A DNA stretch of 57,647 nt, the filler included, from Sphacelaria rigidula (Eukaryota), in assembly GCA_964200075.2 (NCBI GenBank). It is 8 parts of 8 records of this genome, joined end to end, with 100 filler letters (N's around TTAATTAATTAA, not from the genome) between each part and the next. Parts side by side here need not be neighbours in the genome. Positions count along the whole stretch, not along the records: positions 36,094 to 43,211 come from CAXNAA020016396.1; positions 43,312 to 50,429 come from CAXNAA020016397.1; 6 more parts are not named here. The stretch is one strand, 5' to 3'. A model generated the notes under the pieces. That model saw only the letters and a program-made list of their open reading frames with translations, was not told the DNA's origin and searched no databases. The translations under genes and the position numbers were made by a program. The stretch's first letter is position 1. Each line of letters begins with the position of its first letter. Shown in pieces: positions 36,094-49,823 of the stretch.

Positions 36094-39010
36094 CGCACAC
36101 CATCGCGAGAGTTTGTAGAGTCTTAGCAGCCGACAGAATCCACAAAACATCACTACTGCCAACACGCACGCGAAATACACCATCGTCAGCCATAGTAGCT
36201 TGACCGAAAGTCGTAGGAAAAGAATGAACACCGTCGCCGACTGTTTTGCGCTGCGCGGTACGAATGACATCTGACGAGGGCAGGGAATCATCGGCATCAC
36301 ACGGGCTGTACACGGCAGCAGAACGAACAGGCACGGTAGGAACCTTCACCGAACGAGACAACAAATCTCTCCAAAACGTGCGCTCTCCAGGAATGTGTTC
36401 ACTGACATACCGATATTGTTGTTGGGCTCCCAGTAACTCCCGCATGTCTTCTTGGCTTCGCATCACCCCCGGAGACTGTTCCACTTGCGCGTTTACCGCC
36501 CGATAGTCGCTGACCAAACGAACTGTGTCCCTCTTCGTCAACGCCATCGCTGGACTCGCCCACACAGCCTGAATATTCCTAACCAACAAACCAAATGCCA
36601 CCAAAACTGCGCTGCATGAAGCAAGCCACACCGTCTTCACCGGATCGCAGCGGCGAGGCTTGGCCTTCACAGCCTCCTTCATTGGCCCCACGCGCGTTGG
36701 CGGATCACCACTCAGCGCACGACGAATTGTATCTACCCGACGAGCGAAATTATCGCGCAGACAATATGCGCCATCGATGCTCAGGCCCTTCTGCTCGGCC
36801 TGCCGCACACTATCCTCAAGCGCACGTTCCCGTGCACCTCTCTCCTCTGCTGGGTCCATGAACATCTCGGGCCCCCGATCGACCAAGCGCTCTACCGCTC
36901 CATCAACAGGAGCCTCCTCCTCATTGGCGCTCTGGAATGACCGTATGGATACGATCACACACCTCGCAGCAAGGTAACTGGGGTTTTCCACGCCGGTTTG
37001 CACCGGCACAGCACGCGGACGTAACTTCTCCGATGCCAGCGGATATAAATCAATCCCAAGCTCCTGCATTGTCACCATCCCAAATAGAACCCCGTTGTCC
37101 CTACCGGGCATGACAGCGAAAGTAATGGGCTGCAACTGCACAGCCGCCCACGGCGCACGCACGCCAACAGTAACTGGCACCGTTTTGTGTGTAACCGTCA
37201 CGGGAGCACCCGTGGCGGTCTGCGCCGTTTGAGGTCCGCTTTCAAACGGGATCTGAAGCTGAGCGCCGCCAAACTGCGAAGACATTTGCTCTAACAACCC
37301 CACACCGATCGACGTGAGCGCGGACCCAGAATCCAGAATAACGCGGGCCATGAACGAACCTACAGAACTAGGCAAGGCTAAATCTGCGCGTAAGCGTTCA
37401 GCCTTACGATCGACAGGTACCACGCCTGCCGAAGAACCCTGTTCTGTCCCAAGAGTCACCTGACGCCAGGGCTGCCCTCCAGCACTTGGCATCGATAGCT
37501 GCAAATCGTTGGTCCACCCAGGCCACGTCGCCGAATATGCAGACGGCGCTGTAACCGCCGTCGCAGCCGTAGGGAATGCACCAGACGCGGATCCTGCCTG
37601 GCCGATGGGTTGCGAGCTATTCGCTCCAGCACTCCCCACCGAAGTATTTGCATTTCCCACGTACACCGTCCGGCCCGCTACGGACGAGCCATAAGATCCA
37701 GAGTCACCACCTGATGACGTAGTGGAGGAAACAGCAGCGGAGGAACCACCATCCGCCGCCGATTGCTTGTTGCCGCGGCCGCCGTGGCCGCGTTCCTGAT
37801 GGGCGCGGCCCCGTCCACCGTGACGACCGCCCCGAGATCCTGATAAACCTCGTGCATTACCCTGTGCCGCGCCTTGAGCGCGAGGCTTGGGGCAGTCCTT
37901 AATCATATGTCCGGTGTCGCCGCAGTTATAACACGCGCGAGTGGACGACTCTCGCGGAGACGGCTGCTGTTTCTGTTGCTGTTGGTGTTTGCGACGCATA
38001 CCACCTGCACTTGTTGTAGAGTCGCGCCGGCCATATGCTTCAATGAACTTCCACTGGTCGGCCGCCTCAAATCGTTTTTTGAACACCACCGTCGGGTTCT
38101 TTTTTCAGCCATCAACATACGTTAGTACACTTCTAACATACACCTTGAATTCCGGGGGCGAAATCCTGTCCACCAAAGCGATGGAAACCGACTCGGTCGG
38201 GCCAGGTAGCCAGCTCCTGTTCTCCGCACGGTACATGGCTTGCACCATCAGGTTCTGTGCAAAACAACGCTCCATATCTGAACTAACCATCATAGCACGA
38301 TCCTTCACGGACTTTCCATCGCTCTGCTTCATTGTAAGTACCCTACGCAGGTCTGCTGCAGCCCGCGTAGTGTCATGCTTTCCACCGATTGTAGTATACC
38401 CGGCACGCTGCTTCACAGCATCAAGCAATTCATCGGGGGTCATAGCCCGACCGTCCCTGTACATGTCTTCGAAGCAGCGGTGAATTTATGTAGGGATATG
38501 TTGATCTATGTTCACCCTCTCATGCCGTATGACTCCGGTACTATTGGCTAGAATCAGCCTCTCTAAATAGTCGAGAAAAGCGGCATGAAATCTTCTAGAC
38601 GTCTCTTCCGTCCACACTTCGCCATACTTTGGCGGCTGTAGTGGCTCATGTAACACCAGCGGCGCTGCCGCCGCTTGAGCCATGTCGAATAAACTTCAAA
38701 CACTTCACGGAGAGACTCTTGCCTGACTCGTGAGTTCTCCAGTTCACGAAGCGTTTTCCCAATGCTGTGCGCTTCAAGCTGGTCTCCTCCTGTCTTCGGG
38801 CTAAACCGGCTCTTGGCTGCAGTCCGATCTCTCCTCAGTCAAAACTCCTCTAACAGAGTGAGGGAAGAATATCTAGATATTCTAGCCTCTGCCAGACGAT
38901 CTGGACAAGAAGACTATCCACGAGGGACTCCTCCAGTAGCACTAGCCTCGTGCTCAACAAGCCCTTTCTTCTCGCTTGTCATTATCACCGAGTGATCCTC
39001 AATAGACCAC
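36094..39010 (-). mobile_element. Ty3/Gypsy LTR retrotransposon A, internal region (gag-CCHC-protease, RT/RNase H deleted)
   Basis: gag from ATG 38683 with a stop and frameshift; zinc knuckle CYNCGDTGHMIKDC; protease VILDSGS; RT start WASPAM...RLVSDYRAVN jumps at ~36425 to post-RNase H YRYVSEHIPGERTFWRDLLSR. Confidence 0.92.
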
Positions 39011-39119
39011 ATCAAGAGCTAGACAGCAAGGGGCCACAGAGATGAGGTCATTAATCCAGGATCCCCTGTCCCCTGCGACTGCTCCAATCATGCATGCGGT
39101 TATACTAAAACCTACGGCT

Positions 39120-42100
39120 TGGTATCATTTGGCTACATGTCGATGGCTCAACAAGTGCCAACGCATGTGCAAAGAGTTTTCGCTCGTGGGGAACATGATG
39201 AGAGCACAATCACCCCGCCGCAATTGGTTGCGGTGATCAAACTGCATGCTGGGCATGTGGCGGGCGCCGAGGTGGAGCTGACCCAAGCGTCCGCGGCCGT
39301 GGCGAACGCTGTCGCCATGGATTCTCGGGGAAAAGACGGTGCTAGAGCGGGTGGAGAAAATCTCGTCAACGTTACATATCAATATTTATTTTTCATGTCA
39401 AATCTAGAGAAGTACTTCACGGAAAATCCGAACGTTGAACTGGTATATCGTTCCCTCGATGGTGAGTTTATTCCCGGCCCTGCTGCAGTAGTCACCAAGG
39501 CTGTGGTGGAGGGGCTGGTGCCGGTAAAATTCAAACAAACCGTGCTTGTCAAGTTGCAGCACGAGACCAAGTGGAAGGCCGAGCCCTACCTTGTAATGGA
39601 TACGGTCGTGGCCGAGGCCAAGGAGTGGTGGAAGATGGAGGTGTTCAGCCAGTAGTCCACCTCCTCGCTGAAGTCTTTGCGCCACCACGGCTCGAAATCG
39701 GCCGGCCGCGCCGCGACCATCACTTGCCACCGCTGTGGCCAGGTCGGCCATCACGCGCGCGATTGCACAACGCATTCCGGCGGGAAGTGTGGGCAGTCTC
39801 ATGCCGCGTGCCATCAGCATCGTCAGCATAAGGGCAAAGGACGAGGTGATCGGGTTGGCGGCGGCGGATCCTCCAGCTGTGGAGGGTCGCAGTCGAGTTC
39901 TCAGCAGCAGCAGCAGCAGCAGGAGCTGCAGGGACAGCGGCGTCAGCATGGGTCTGGTTCTGGGTCCGGCGCCGCCGTAGGTGCTGCTGCTCCGCAACGG
40001 GCGGTACATGTGAGACCAATTTCTTTAGTGTCGAATAATACGCCGGTGCCGGTGGTGGCGCCGGTGGCGACGCCGGCAGCAGCGCCAGGCGCGACGCCTG
40101 CTGATGCGCTGGTCGGAGTTTTGCCAAATTCTTGGTCTGCTGACTGGGGGTTGTACCCGCCGGCGTTGCCGTTTGAACCTGCCGGGGTGTCTTCGCCTGT
40201 GCAGCCTTCGTAGCCGTGGCGTCAAGTGGAATCAGCGGCGCATCGGTCGGTGGATGAAGTACCAGGAGGAGTTTGCGATTGTCTCCGCCTGGTCCGCGCG
40301 TGGAGACGCCCGCCTCTTTGGACAATCGTCGCGTGAGCTTGTCAGTGGATTCTTTTCAGGAGACTGGGGGGCAGGTGACCGAGGAGCGAGATGAGGCGGT
40401 GGAACGCTCGGTGGAGCACGGCCCGGAGATAATCATAGATCCGGCGGAAGAGGAATCCGCTCGGAAGGTCGCGCTGGAGGAGAGCGTGACGGATGCTGTA
40501 GCGAAAGGTCTCAGCGTCTCAAAAGCGGAGCGCCTGCGCGGTACCTTACATCGCCATGTCAACGCGTTTCGTCGTGCGCTGCGGGGTGATCCCCCTGTGC
40601 GAGTGGAGCCCATGCGTGTTCAGCTGAAACCTGGGATGTCCGTGGTGATGACGAAGCCGGGGCGGTACGATCCGGTGAAGTCGAGTTGGTTGGTGTCGTG
40701 CATGGCGGCTCTTTTGGCGCTAGGGTTGGTGTTCGGGAACTTGCAGGCGATGTGGTCCAGTCCGGCTATGGTGATTCCGAAGGACTCGTTCCACCTGGTA
40801 AGCGACTTCAAGGCCGTGAATTAGCAGGTTGAGAAGTCGCCAGGTGTGATGCCCAACAAAGAGTCGGACATACTTGATCTGTTGAGTGCTCGCTTTTTTG
40901 GCAAGTTGGACTTCCTCCAGGGTTACTGGCAGATGCCGTTGGCGGAGGAGGCGCAGGAGATTCCACCATCACGACTCCGTTCGGCTTGTTTACCCCGAAG
41001 CGAGTGCCACAAGGCATGCTGAATGCCACGGCATGTTTTCAAGTAATCACGACAGACCTTCTCGTCGACTTAACATGCAAGATATGGGTGGATGATGTGT
41101 TTTTTCCCGCCGACACGGAAGATGAACGTTTAGACACTATTGATGCTATCTTGGCTCGTTTAGAGAGTATTGGTTTATTTGCGGCTGCGCACAAGTGTAC
41201 ATTTTTCGCTGGTGAACTCGTGTGGTGTGGGATAGTGTACTCACACGGACGCGTGTCTCGTGACCCTGTCAGATTGCAAGGCTTGTCTGACATGCGGCGC
41301 CCGGAGACGGCCTGCAGAACTCATGCAATTCCTGCAGGCCGTGAGTTGGATGCATACCTCGTTGCCGCGTATGGTATAAATCGTAGCTCCCTTGCGGTTT
41401 TTCCACGAAGAAATCATGGCGGGTGCTGCGAGGCGGACGAAGCGTGTTGCAGAAAACCGTGCTATTCCGCCTGCATCGTGGACGGAGGGCAGGCTGCAGG
41501 CGTGGGCAGCAGCGAAGGATTTGGTGGCATATGCCGTGACGCTGTTCCCTTCTCGTCCTGATTGCCAGGTGTTGATGTTTCCGCATGCTTTTGAGTGCCA
41601 TTGGGGTAGTTTTGTCACGCACGTGCCTGAAGTTGAAATGCAACGACGCTTGCCGATCGAGGATATGAAGCGTGAACCGCTGGCTTTCCTCAGTGGTAGT
41701 TTCAAGGGTTCGCCGTTGCGTTGGCCCACAATTGATAAGGAAGATTTTGCTATCGTGAGCACTTTTCGTCGTTTGGAGCATCTTTTGTGGGATGGCGTGC
41801 ACATTTTCACGGGTCACCGACATCTCGTGTATACTTTAAACCCGGAAATGTACGTTATGTCTGTGTCAAAGGCGTTGGCACGACGTTTGGAGTGTTGGAA
41901 AGGTGTTAGCCAGAATCGTTACTCGATTTTCCACATTTCGAGGGACCGTAACGCGTGGGGTGACTTGCTTTCGCGTCGGGTGAATATTCCGGCTTTACCT
42001 GTGCGCGCTGTGGCTGTGTACGGTCCGTGTGAACCTGATGAGTCGATGTCGTCCATATCTGTTGTCCGCCAAGCGCAACGGAAAGACCTTGGGACCAAAG

Positions 42101-42533
42101 ATGCGGATGTGCAATCTCTCGAGTCGGACGTTGGTACTGCTCTCTTGGACAATCAAGGTCTGTTTCGTGTGCATGTGCGTGGCCGAAACGTTTAGTGGAT
42201 TCCGAGTTCTGACAAGCAGTTGCAGGTGCAGTACGTCTGATGATATGCGCGCACATGCGCGACGCCGGGCATTGTGGTGTGGCTGCGACGCTCGTGCGCT
42301 TGCAAGAGGTTTGTGTTCGGCAGGGGATGGAATCTCATGTGCGCGAATTTGTTCGCCAGTGTCTTCTCTGTGCTGACTTGAGGGCGGGCGATGTTGTTCC
42401 CCGCCCGCTCGGTGAAAACGGTCCATGGGACCATGCCGAATGAAGTCGTTCTTTTTTACTTCTTGTACGTGGGCGAGAGTGGCCCGCTAGCTTCCCAAGG
42501 TTTGTGGGAGGATGCTGGGTTTCGGTACATTTT
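39120..42533 (+). mobile_element. Ty3/Gypsy LTR retrotransposon B, internal region (gag-CCHC, protease deleted, RT-RNase H-integrase Zn finger)
   Basis: CHRCGQVGHHARDC; LVSDFKAVN, LDFLQGYWQMPL, RVPQGMLNA, WVDD; RNase H region (PLAFLSGSF, WPTIDKE, FTGHRHL); integrase HHCC (HMRDAGHCG...CLLC). Truncated at both ends, with frameshifts. Confidence 0.93.
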
Positions 42534-43153
42534 TAGGGCTGTGAACTGGACCAGTTTGTACTGGCAGTTGAACTGGAACTGATGATGACGACTCCAGTTT
42601 ATCCACTTTATTCGAAGTTTGCCGATACCGGCTATCTTTATACCACTTTTATTATGGTAAGTATATAACAAAAATGCTTACATGATCACGAACGAAATGA
42701 CAGTAGGATTGGGGTCTGTACCTGACAACAGTACAGGTACAGACAGTACAGTACAGTACTCGTGGTCACTACACTTTGAAGTGATATTGCGGATATATGC
42801 CAGGTTTGTCGTTTCATAGCACGACATTTGGGAAGAAAAAAAAATAGCAAACAAACGGTGATCCGCGACCACAAAATACAAAGTCCACCATGGCTTGCAA
42901 TTCAACTGCATCCGTGCTTGTGAGTCCGGACGTGAATAATTTTGCGCGCTTATCCCCGCGTGCTGCCAGCCTTGGCTTGTTTGTATCCTACTCTCCTCAC
43001 GGAGAGTCTGTTGCTGCATAATCCTGATGAATGGTTTTGAATCGCTCACCGATTTGGATGGGATATAAATGTCATCCGAGAGAGCCCAAAAAAAACAATC
43101 CGAGACCCTATGCCCCTCTTTCGAATCGTGGAGTTTTTCGGGGGGGGGGGAGG

Positions 43154-43197
43154 CGTACTCATTTGTTGCTTGCCTTAGTCGTTTGACCATTGACCAC
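43154..43197 (-). mobile_element. Short LINE family 1 3'-end copy
   Basis: G-run then CGTACTCATTTGTTGCTTGCCTTAGTCGTTTGACCATTGACCAC. Confidence 0.8.
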
Positions 43198-43396
43198 CCC
43201 TCCCCTAGATCNNNNNNNNNNNNNNNNNNNNNNNNNNNNNNNNNNNNNNNNNNNNTTAATTAATTAANNNNNNNNNNNNNNNNNNNNNNNNNNNNNNNNN
43301 NNNNNNNNNNNTTTTATGTTTTTTTTTTTTTTTAAGAAAACGAGCGCGCAGGCTCGCCCATAACCCGGTTTTTTTTTTTTTTTGGGGGGGGGGGGG

Positions 43397-43473
43397 CGTA
43401 CTCATTTGTTGCTCGCCTTAGTTTTAGTTTTGTGATCATTGACCACGCATGGATCCCTTTCGAGACGGAGTAC
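43397..43473 (-). mobile_element. Short LINE family 1 3'-end copy inserted in the G-run of a MITE TIR
   Basis: TTTTGGGG..CGTACTCA...GAGACGGAGTAC, then TTTTGAGGGGGAGCTATCGTAGAAAGTGTC (same TIR as 47726-48069). Confidence 0.75.
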
Positions 43474-44292
43474 TTTTGTTTTGAGGGGGAGCTATCGTAG
43501 AAAGTGTCGGGTGCTCCATTTCTTTCACCCGTGCTCCTTGTTTGCCAGAGCTTTTGCCATGCTATTTATCTTGTGAATACATGGGTATATACGCGGGGCT
43601 ACGATTCACGTCGAGAGGAAATGTGACTCGAATGCTGCGATGTTTTCGGTCATGTAGCCGGTCTCGTCACGTGAGACATTTATGCTCTACTTTCACCACG
43701 AACATGTTCTGGCTTACGCTTGCTTGCCGGTACACAGTTCGTACGGTATTGAGGGGATTATCATTGGGCCTGCGCGAAAAATGGGGTACCGCGTCACAGG
43801 TGGTCGGGGGAACATCGACTTGCTTGTCTACAGTAAAGCCTTCGTGCTTGAGGCCCATCTCTCGGTAAAGATTTCTCGAACCTTTTGGGGTCCGATGGTC
43901 TCCACATCGGGGGTACCTTTCTGCTGCATGCGATTAAGCTTTGTAAATATATGCAACATGCAGGTTCTCTAGCTCTTAGAAAGGTCTCGTTACCGGGACG
44001 GGCGTGGTTATTGTCCCGCACTACCCCAACATATCTCCGGATTCCGTCTGTTGGTAGTCAAGAACATATGCCGCTAGATACTCCAGCCAAAAGCGCTGGG
44101 TTCGTTGGTTTTAACTCCAAGTGTCTCTAGAGACCTCTCCAATGGAGGCTTGGGCACCGCGTGGACGCGTGTAGCACGGCCACGCTACTGCCTGTTTTCG
44201 CGTGGGGAGATAGGTACGTTGGGAGATTGTACGCAACGGTATTATTTGTTAAGTACAGTTGACTACATCAGCAAAAAGTTAATCCTGGGTTC

Positions 44293-44553
44293 GAGCAATG
44301 ATACCGTAGGGGTGCACTTTTTACGCAAAATGTTGTCTGGTTCAGGGGTCCTAACAATAATTCTATATGCAGAAGAATATAGGTCAGGGCATCATCCCCG
44401 TTTGCAAATTCATTGGGGATATCCCTAGCACATTGGAATGGTAATGCTGGCGTACTCTCACTCATTCCATAAGTTTTGTTTTGGATGAGATAGGGGGCTC
44501 CCAACAATTCTAACCTCAGAAAGTGTTTGTGCACCCCTACCGTAGCATTACTT
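44293..44553. mobile_element. Sola2-like MITE, copy B (TSD GTTC)
   Basis: Same TIR and body as copy A; GTTC on both flanks. Confidence 0.8.
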
Positions 44554-46906
44554 GTTCCTCGATCCTCTTGGATATGCAAGGATACCTTACCCGGGGTTCG
44601 GAATTCCATTCTCCCTGTGACTCCTCTTGACCGGTCCTTCTTGAGGAAAAGGGACACGGAGGTACTCAACGAAAAAGGGTGAGTGCCTAATACTCTCAGT
44701 AAGATACAGTACAGGTACACTGCTTGTACCATGGATTTGGGCAAGAGCGGCGCTAATTACGGAGGCATTGACCGGGGGGGTGAACTCGCGGCCCGACGGC
44801 TCAACAGCCTAAAAGACTCCGGGATTAGCTTCTGTTGAGATATCGCAGATACCACCGCTTGTCTGTTAGACCTTTTGCTGTGTTTTCTTCACTCTATTGG
44901 AACTCACAATGAAAAATTGATGATTTGCAATTGACGGTTTTTGAGCAAGATATGGTTGATGGTTCACAGCTCAGGCGCGACAACATTCACCCAATGCGTA
45001 TTTTTCAGACCCGTGCGAGTGACAAGTGGAACAAAAGAAGGTTTCCTATTCACCGATGTGCCGTATCAGACCCTGGAACCCATTGCTGTTTTTGACTGGA
45101 ATGTTTATAGTGTTTTTGCTAATTTTTGTCGATGGATACCATTGGACACACTTCATCCGTTGCGTGTTATGATTGGACAAACCTTAACGGACCTCTCCAG
45201 GAGGACATTTTTCCTGCACCCGCCGCGTGTGCTACTGGATTCTTCTCTGGTCTTCCATTATAAAGTGGTTGCCGTCCACTTTTTCTGCTTTGATCTTCTC
45301 CTCTTTGTCAGGGTTTCTCATAATGAGGCGTTCGGCCCGGGGACAGGAGGGGAGGGTTCCAAACGGGTTGACAGCAATTGCCTTTGACACAATATGTGCA
45401 GTCCTTCGGCTCTTCTTGTGGGATGCAAAACAGTAGAGGAATTTGACTGACACCTCATGATATTTGACTTTGAACGAGATGCACAACAAACAGCGTTTGC
45501 CAGTAATGCGCCAATGCAACTCGCCAATATATATACTTCGAAGTATATATATATATATTGAAGATCGTATGTATGGCAGATCGAACACGCCGTTATGATA
45601 CAAGTAACCATGACTGCCACATTGCTTTTTGCTTCTTGTAAAGTCTCCCTCCCTCTCCCTGAATACACAAGGTTGACGCGAAGACTGGTAAAACTTTCCT
45701 GGCGAAGATATACGCGAAGGACGTCTCTCCAAGCGATCTCTACATTGGGAGCACTGTTGTCGTGTGAGCGAGATGCAATGTACCCCGAGACACCGTAGTG
45801 CAGGGAAGAAGCGTCCCTGGATGCTCAGATATTGTCATAATTGATGTTCGGTAGAGATGAGTAAAACCATAAGCATGCTCAGAATTTTTCATAACAGCAG
45901 CTGATTAGTGGAGATAGGTGAGACCCTAAGCTGCTATAGAGCCACAGCGCGCTGACAACACTGCAGAAGTTCAACTTTCTTTTGCAAGCAATAGGCAAAA
46001 CTCGCCGTGAGTGAGATGGATTGTTGAGTTGTTGCTCTTTTCAGTAGTTCGCCATGCGGATTGTGTTTCACCCTACTTCTGTCCCCCCAAATGCCAAGCC
46101 ATTATTGTAGTCCTTTCTATTTCACCCCATTACCGTCCCCCCAAATGCCACGCTACGAAGAGATGGACGGATCGTTTCCCTCCGGGCTCCAGATCCCATC
46201 CTCGTCCCCGTCCCAAAAAGGGAGAAGGGAGGGGGAGCGGAGGGGGGGGGGTTAAAGCGCGACAAGTCAAGCTACAAGAGAACGCGCAGCGCCTGAAAGT
46301 AATGCCCCCTCACCCCCCCAACCCCCACCCCCCGCTCTTCCTCGAATTTCTGATCGTTCAATCAAGCGAATGCGTGGCGCAACAGCTCAACTCCCTACGT
46401 CACACAGCTCCCCCCAGCCACTCTCACATGAGCTATTTGTCTTTTCGGGTGTACGTGTCGCATATATCTCCCCGCCGGAATTTTCCAAGCAGTTTCTCGC
46501 GCGAGTTGAGTATCGTGGGGTATGGAGACGAGACCACTCGCAAGCATGTGGAGGCTCTCCACGCCAGGGCGTTCATTATGGTGTTGCCGAGCGCTATGGG
46601 AAAACTAGGGGAGGTGAGAAAGAGAAAAAAGAAAAAAAAATGTTTCGACAAGAAGACACTGAAGTTTCTTGATTTCTCAGTTGATGAAAATGTCTGTGTG
46701 GTGGACAAGAAAGTGAAGTCATCGCATGTCAAGCTGGAGCAAGCAGTATCGCTACCATTGTAGGTCAAGAGTATATATACTGTGTTTGTCGGCGGCACGG
46801 TATTATAGAGTTTCGGGATAACCTTTTTTTTTGTCATTTTTTTCAGGGTGCAAATATCTCAGGATCAGAGTGTAACGAAAAATGATTTCCCCCTACGTCA
46901 AATGTG

Positions 46907-46979
46907 CTCCGTGCTCCGTCTCGAAAGGGATATGCGTGGTCAATGATCAAACGACTAAGGCAGGCAACAGATGAGTACG
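46907..46979 (+). mobile_element. Short LINE family 1 copy nested in a MITE, with TSD and a paralogous empty site
   Basis: Flanks CCCCCTACGTCAAATGTG / CCCCCCCCCTCCGTCAAAATGTG; the uninterrupted site CCCCTCCGTCAAATGTG is at 48226-48242 in a sister MITE. Confidence 0.88.
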
Positions 46980-47725
46980 CCCCCCCCCTCCGTCAAAATG
47001 TGGTATCCCCCCGTAGCTTTTTTTCGATGAGTTTTGTTTTTTGTTTGTTCTGCTCTCTGATCCTATGATATTCGCACTCTGCAACGACAAAAAAGTGTTT
47101 TCCAAAACTTTCTAATATAATGGAAAAATAATATCACGTCCGAGGCAGTAATGTACACTCCCGAAAAATGCATTTCGTGCAGTATCGAAATATATTGTCT
47201 ATTATAATGTGGGCAGTGTATTCGATACTGTACGCAGTACTCTTTTTTGACAATCAATGATGTCTACTGTCCAGGGTATGCAAGATATAGTTTCGACGGA
47301 AATCATCAACGATCCGTGGAATTGCTGACCCGATGCTCGACACCAAAGTGTAGAGCAAGCACATGCCGAAGGACATATAGGTTCACCCTCTCAGACTGCG
47401 AATAAGTTCAGAGGAGGGTGAGAGGGGGCGGGGGGGCGGGAACGGGTGGGTTCTGACACGACGAAAATAGTAAGAAACGTGTTCGCGTGTGATTGTGGAA
47501 TTATTAGGCCCATTACTATCGACATCGTTTTTTTCAGAGATCTCGAAAATTTTCAGAGTCTTTGGACTGTGGGTTCAGACTTCTTCGAGAACGAAAGAGG
47601 CCTGATTTTTTTAACGAAGCTTCGTTTCTGTAGACATCCGAAAAATTCGCACTGCAATGCAGCCCTTCGGAGAGCTGCGACGTGAAAACGCCATGGCACT
47701 CACAAGCATTCGAGAATCATCAGAT

Positions 47726-48069
47726 GACACTTTCTACGATAGCCCCCCCCCCCCCAAAGTGCAGTGCTCCGTCTCGAAAGGGATGCGTGGTCAATGGTCA
47801 AACGACTACGGCAAGCAATAAATGAGTACGCCCCCCCCAAAAAAAAACAAGTGCAAGGCTTTGGGAGGCAAAATCTTCACGTAAATCAAGATGGGAAAAG
47901 CCGAGCACATCGAGCAGCTGGGAATTCCCACGTTTGGGTTCGTCCTAGCCAATGTCGACAATATGAGGCGCTTCATGCAGCCTCAACCCAAACATGGGGC
48001 GCTGTATGGCCATTGTTTTCGTGACACTTTTGGGCTGGTTTCGAGGGGGGGGCTATCGTAGAAAGTGTC
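47726..48069. mobile_element. MITE with TIR GACACTTTCTACGATAGCCCCCC carrying a nested LINE family 1 end (47764-47830)
   Basis: The left TIR and its reverse complement GGGGGGGCTATCGTAGAAAGTGTC are both present. The nested copy is flanked by C(n)AAAGTGCA and C(n)A(n)CAAGTGCA. Confidence 0.8.
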
Positions 48070-49075
48070 AGGTACATGCCAGTCCCGACGATCTCGGAGA
48101 TCTCCGAAAATAGTGTCGGTAATAGAGAGTTTTTGGGAAACGCTTTTTGTCATTTCAGATTTTGTGTTGGTCATTTCAGAGTAGTGTAAATATCTCAGGA
48201 TCAGAGTGTAACGAAAAATTATTTTCCCCTCCGTCAAATGTGGTATCCCCTTGAATTGTTTTTCGATGCGGTGTTTTGTTTTGTCATCCTGCACTCGCTG
48301 ATCCTGAGATATTTGCACTCTGAAGTGACAAATAAGCGTTTTCCGCAACTCTCTAAATAATGGGTCTTTGGCGCAGCAGGGATATGATCCTGTCACATCG
48401 CACACAGTGTCCTAGGAGGGTTAGAGCTATGTTGGAGTTGGAAAACACCAGAAAAAAACATGGTAGATCGTTCCCTCTCTCTCCCTTCCGCAACCTTCTC
48501 GTTTTTTTAGATACTCTCAGTCATAGCCGAGATGGGCGCTCAATATTCGAGAAATATCACGGTATGAAGGCGGGGCTTACATAGCGAGCATCCTAAACTT
48601 CGTGTCCCCGATGTATTGGTTGTAGCCCGTATCAATCATGGCCACAAGATATATTTGGGGGGCGTTTTGTGGAGAAAGCTGTAAACGGTGTTTGTTCACC
48701 GTGCGGTACTTTGTAGCTTCGTGATCTCGTCGATGTCAAAGGATTGGTTGGTGTTCCAGGTGGTATGTACCAAATTAGTCACTATAATGGAGAGTTTCGG
48801 AAAACACTTTTCTGTCATTTCAGAGTGCAAATATCTCTGAATGTAGAATAAAGCAAAACATCTTATCGAAAAAAGCCTAGGAGGAAGGAACCACAGTTGA
48901 CGGAGGGTGGAATAATTTTTTGTAACACTCATACTCTGAAATATTTGCACTCTGAAGTGACAAAAAAAGCGTTTTCCGAAACTCTCTAATATCCACTGTT
49001 GTCTTTTTTTTTTTGCCGAAAGAAAGAGATTTTGGCCCTTCCGTGCTACGGATGGTAAGGTTACCGTTGCCAGCG

Positions 49076-49334
49076 GAGGCATGCTACGGTAGGGGTGCAC
49101 AAATACTTTCTGAGGTTAGAATTTTTACGAACCCTTCATCTAATCCGAAACGAGGCTTATGAAATAAGTGAGAGTACGCCAGGATTGCTATTCCAATATG
49201 CTGGGGATGTCCTGAATGAATTTGCAAATGGGGATGCCCTGACCCATATTCTTGTGTATCTGGAATCGTCAGGAGCCCCTGAACCAGACAAGAGTTGTCG
49301 CAAAACGTGTACCCCTACTACCGTAGCATTGCTC
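49076..49334. mobile_element. Sola2-like MITE, copy C (TSD AGCG, opposite orientation)
   Basis: GAGGCATGCTACGGTAGGGG...CCGTAGCATTGCTC; AGCG on both flanks. Confidence 0.8.
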
Positions 49335-49823
49335 AGCGCACAACAGGAGTACGGAGCGAACGACCTTGGAAAACAAACAGCGTTTCCTTTTTCAATCCGC
49401 TATTGTACACGCGCATCCTGACGGAGACATCAATCCTTGTCTTTTTCTTGTTTTCATTTCTCCTGCACTCATGATATTGCTATTGTTCGCACACCTATCT
49501 TTTTAATGGTTCACATTGTTCCCCGCTCACGATACATCTTCGAGCTTCACGCTCATGTGTACCTTGTGATACGACCGTTTAAAGCTGCAGACGCTTGAGA
49601 TTCTCATTCTTCGTAAAAACTAAAAAAAAAAAAACATTTGGAAAATGACCTTTCCTTTTTTGCGCAAGAACCAAGTGTAGAAAATGAGTTTCGCTCAACA
49701 ACAAACGACGACCAGCAATCGAAAAACGTTCACGTTCGCGCGAGGACTAACGATTGGGAACAGACTTCTTTGCAACGGCAAACAAGGGATGACCGACTTT
49801 CGCAAGCAAGGAATACGCAATCT

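Noticed and set aside
39120..39128. TGGTATCA as a tRNA-Met primer-binding site for Gypsy B
   Set aside because: No LTR ending in CA precedes it, and the position aligns ~50 codons into gag of element A, so it is probably coding sequence.
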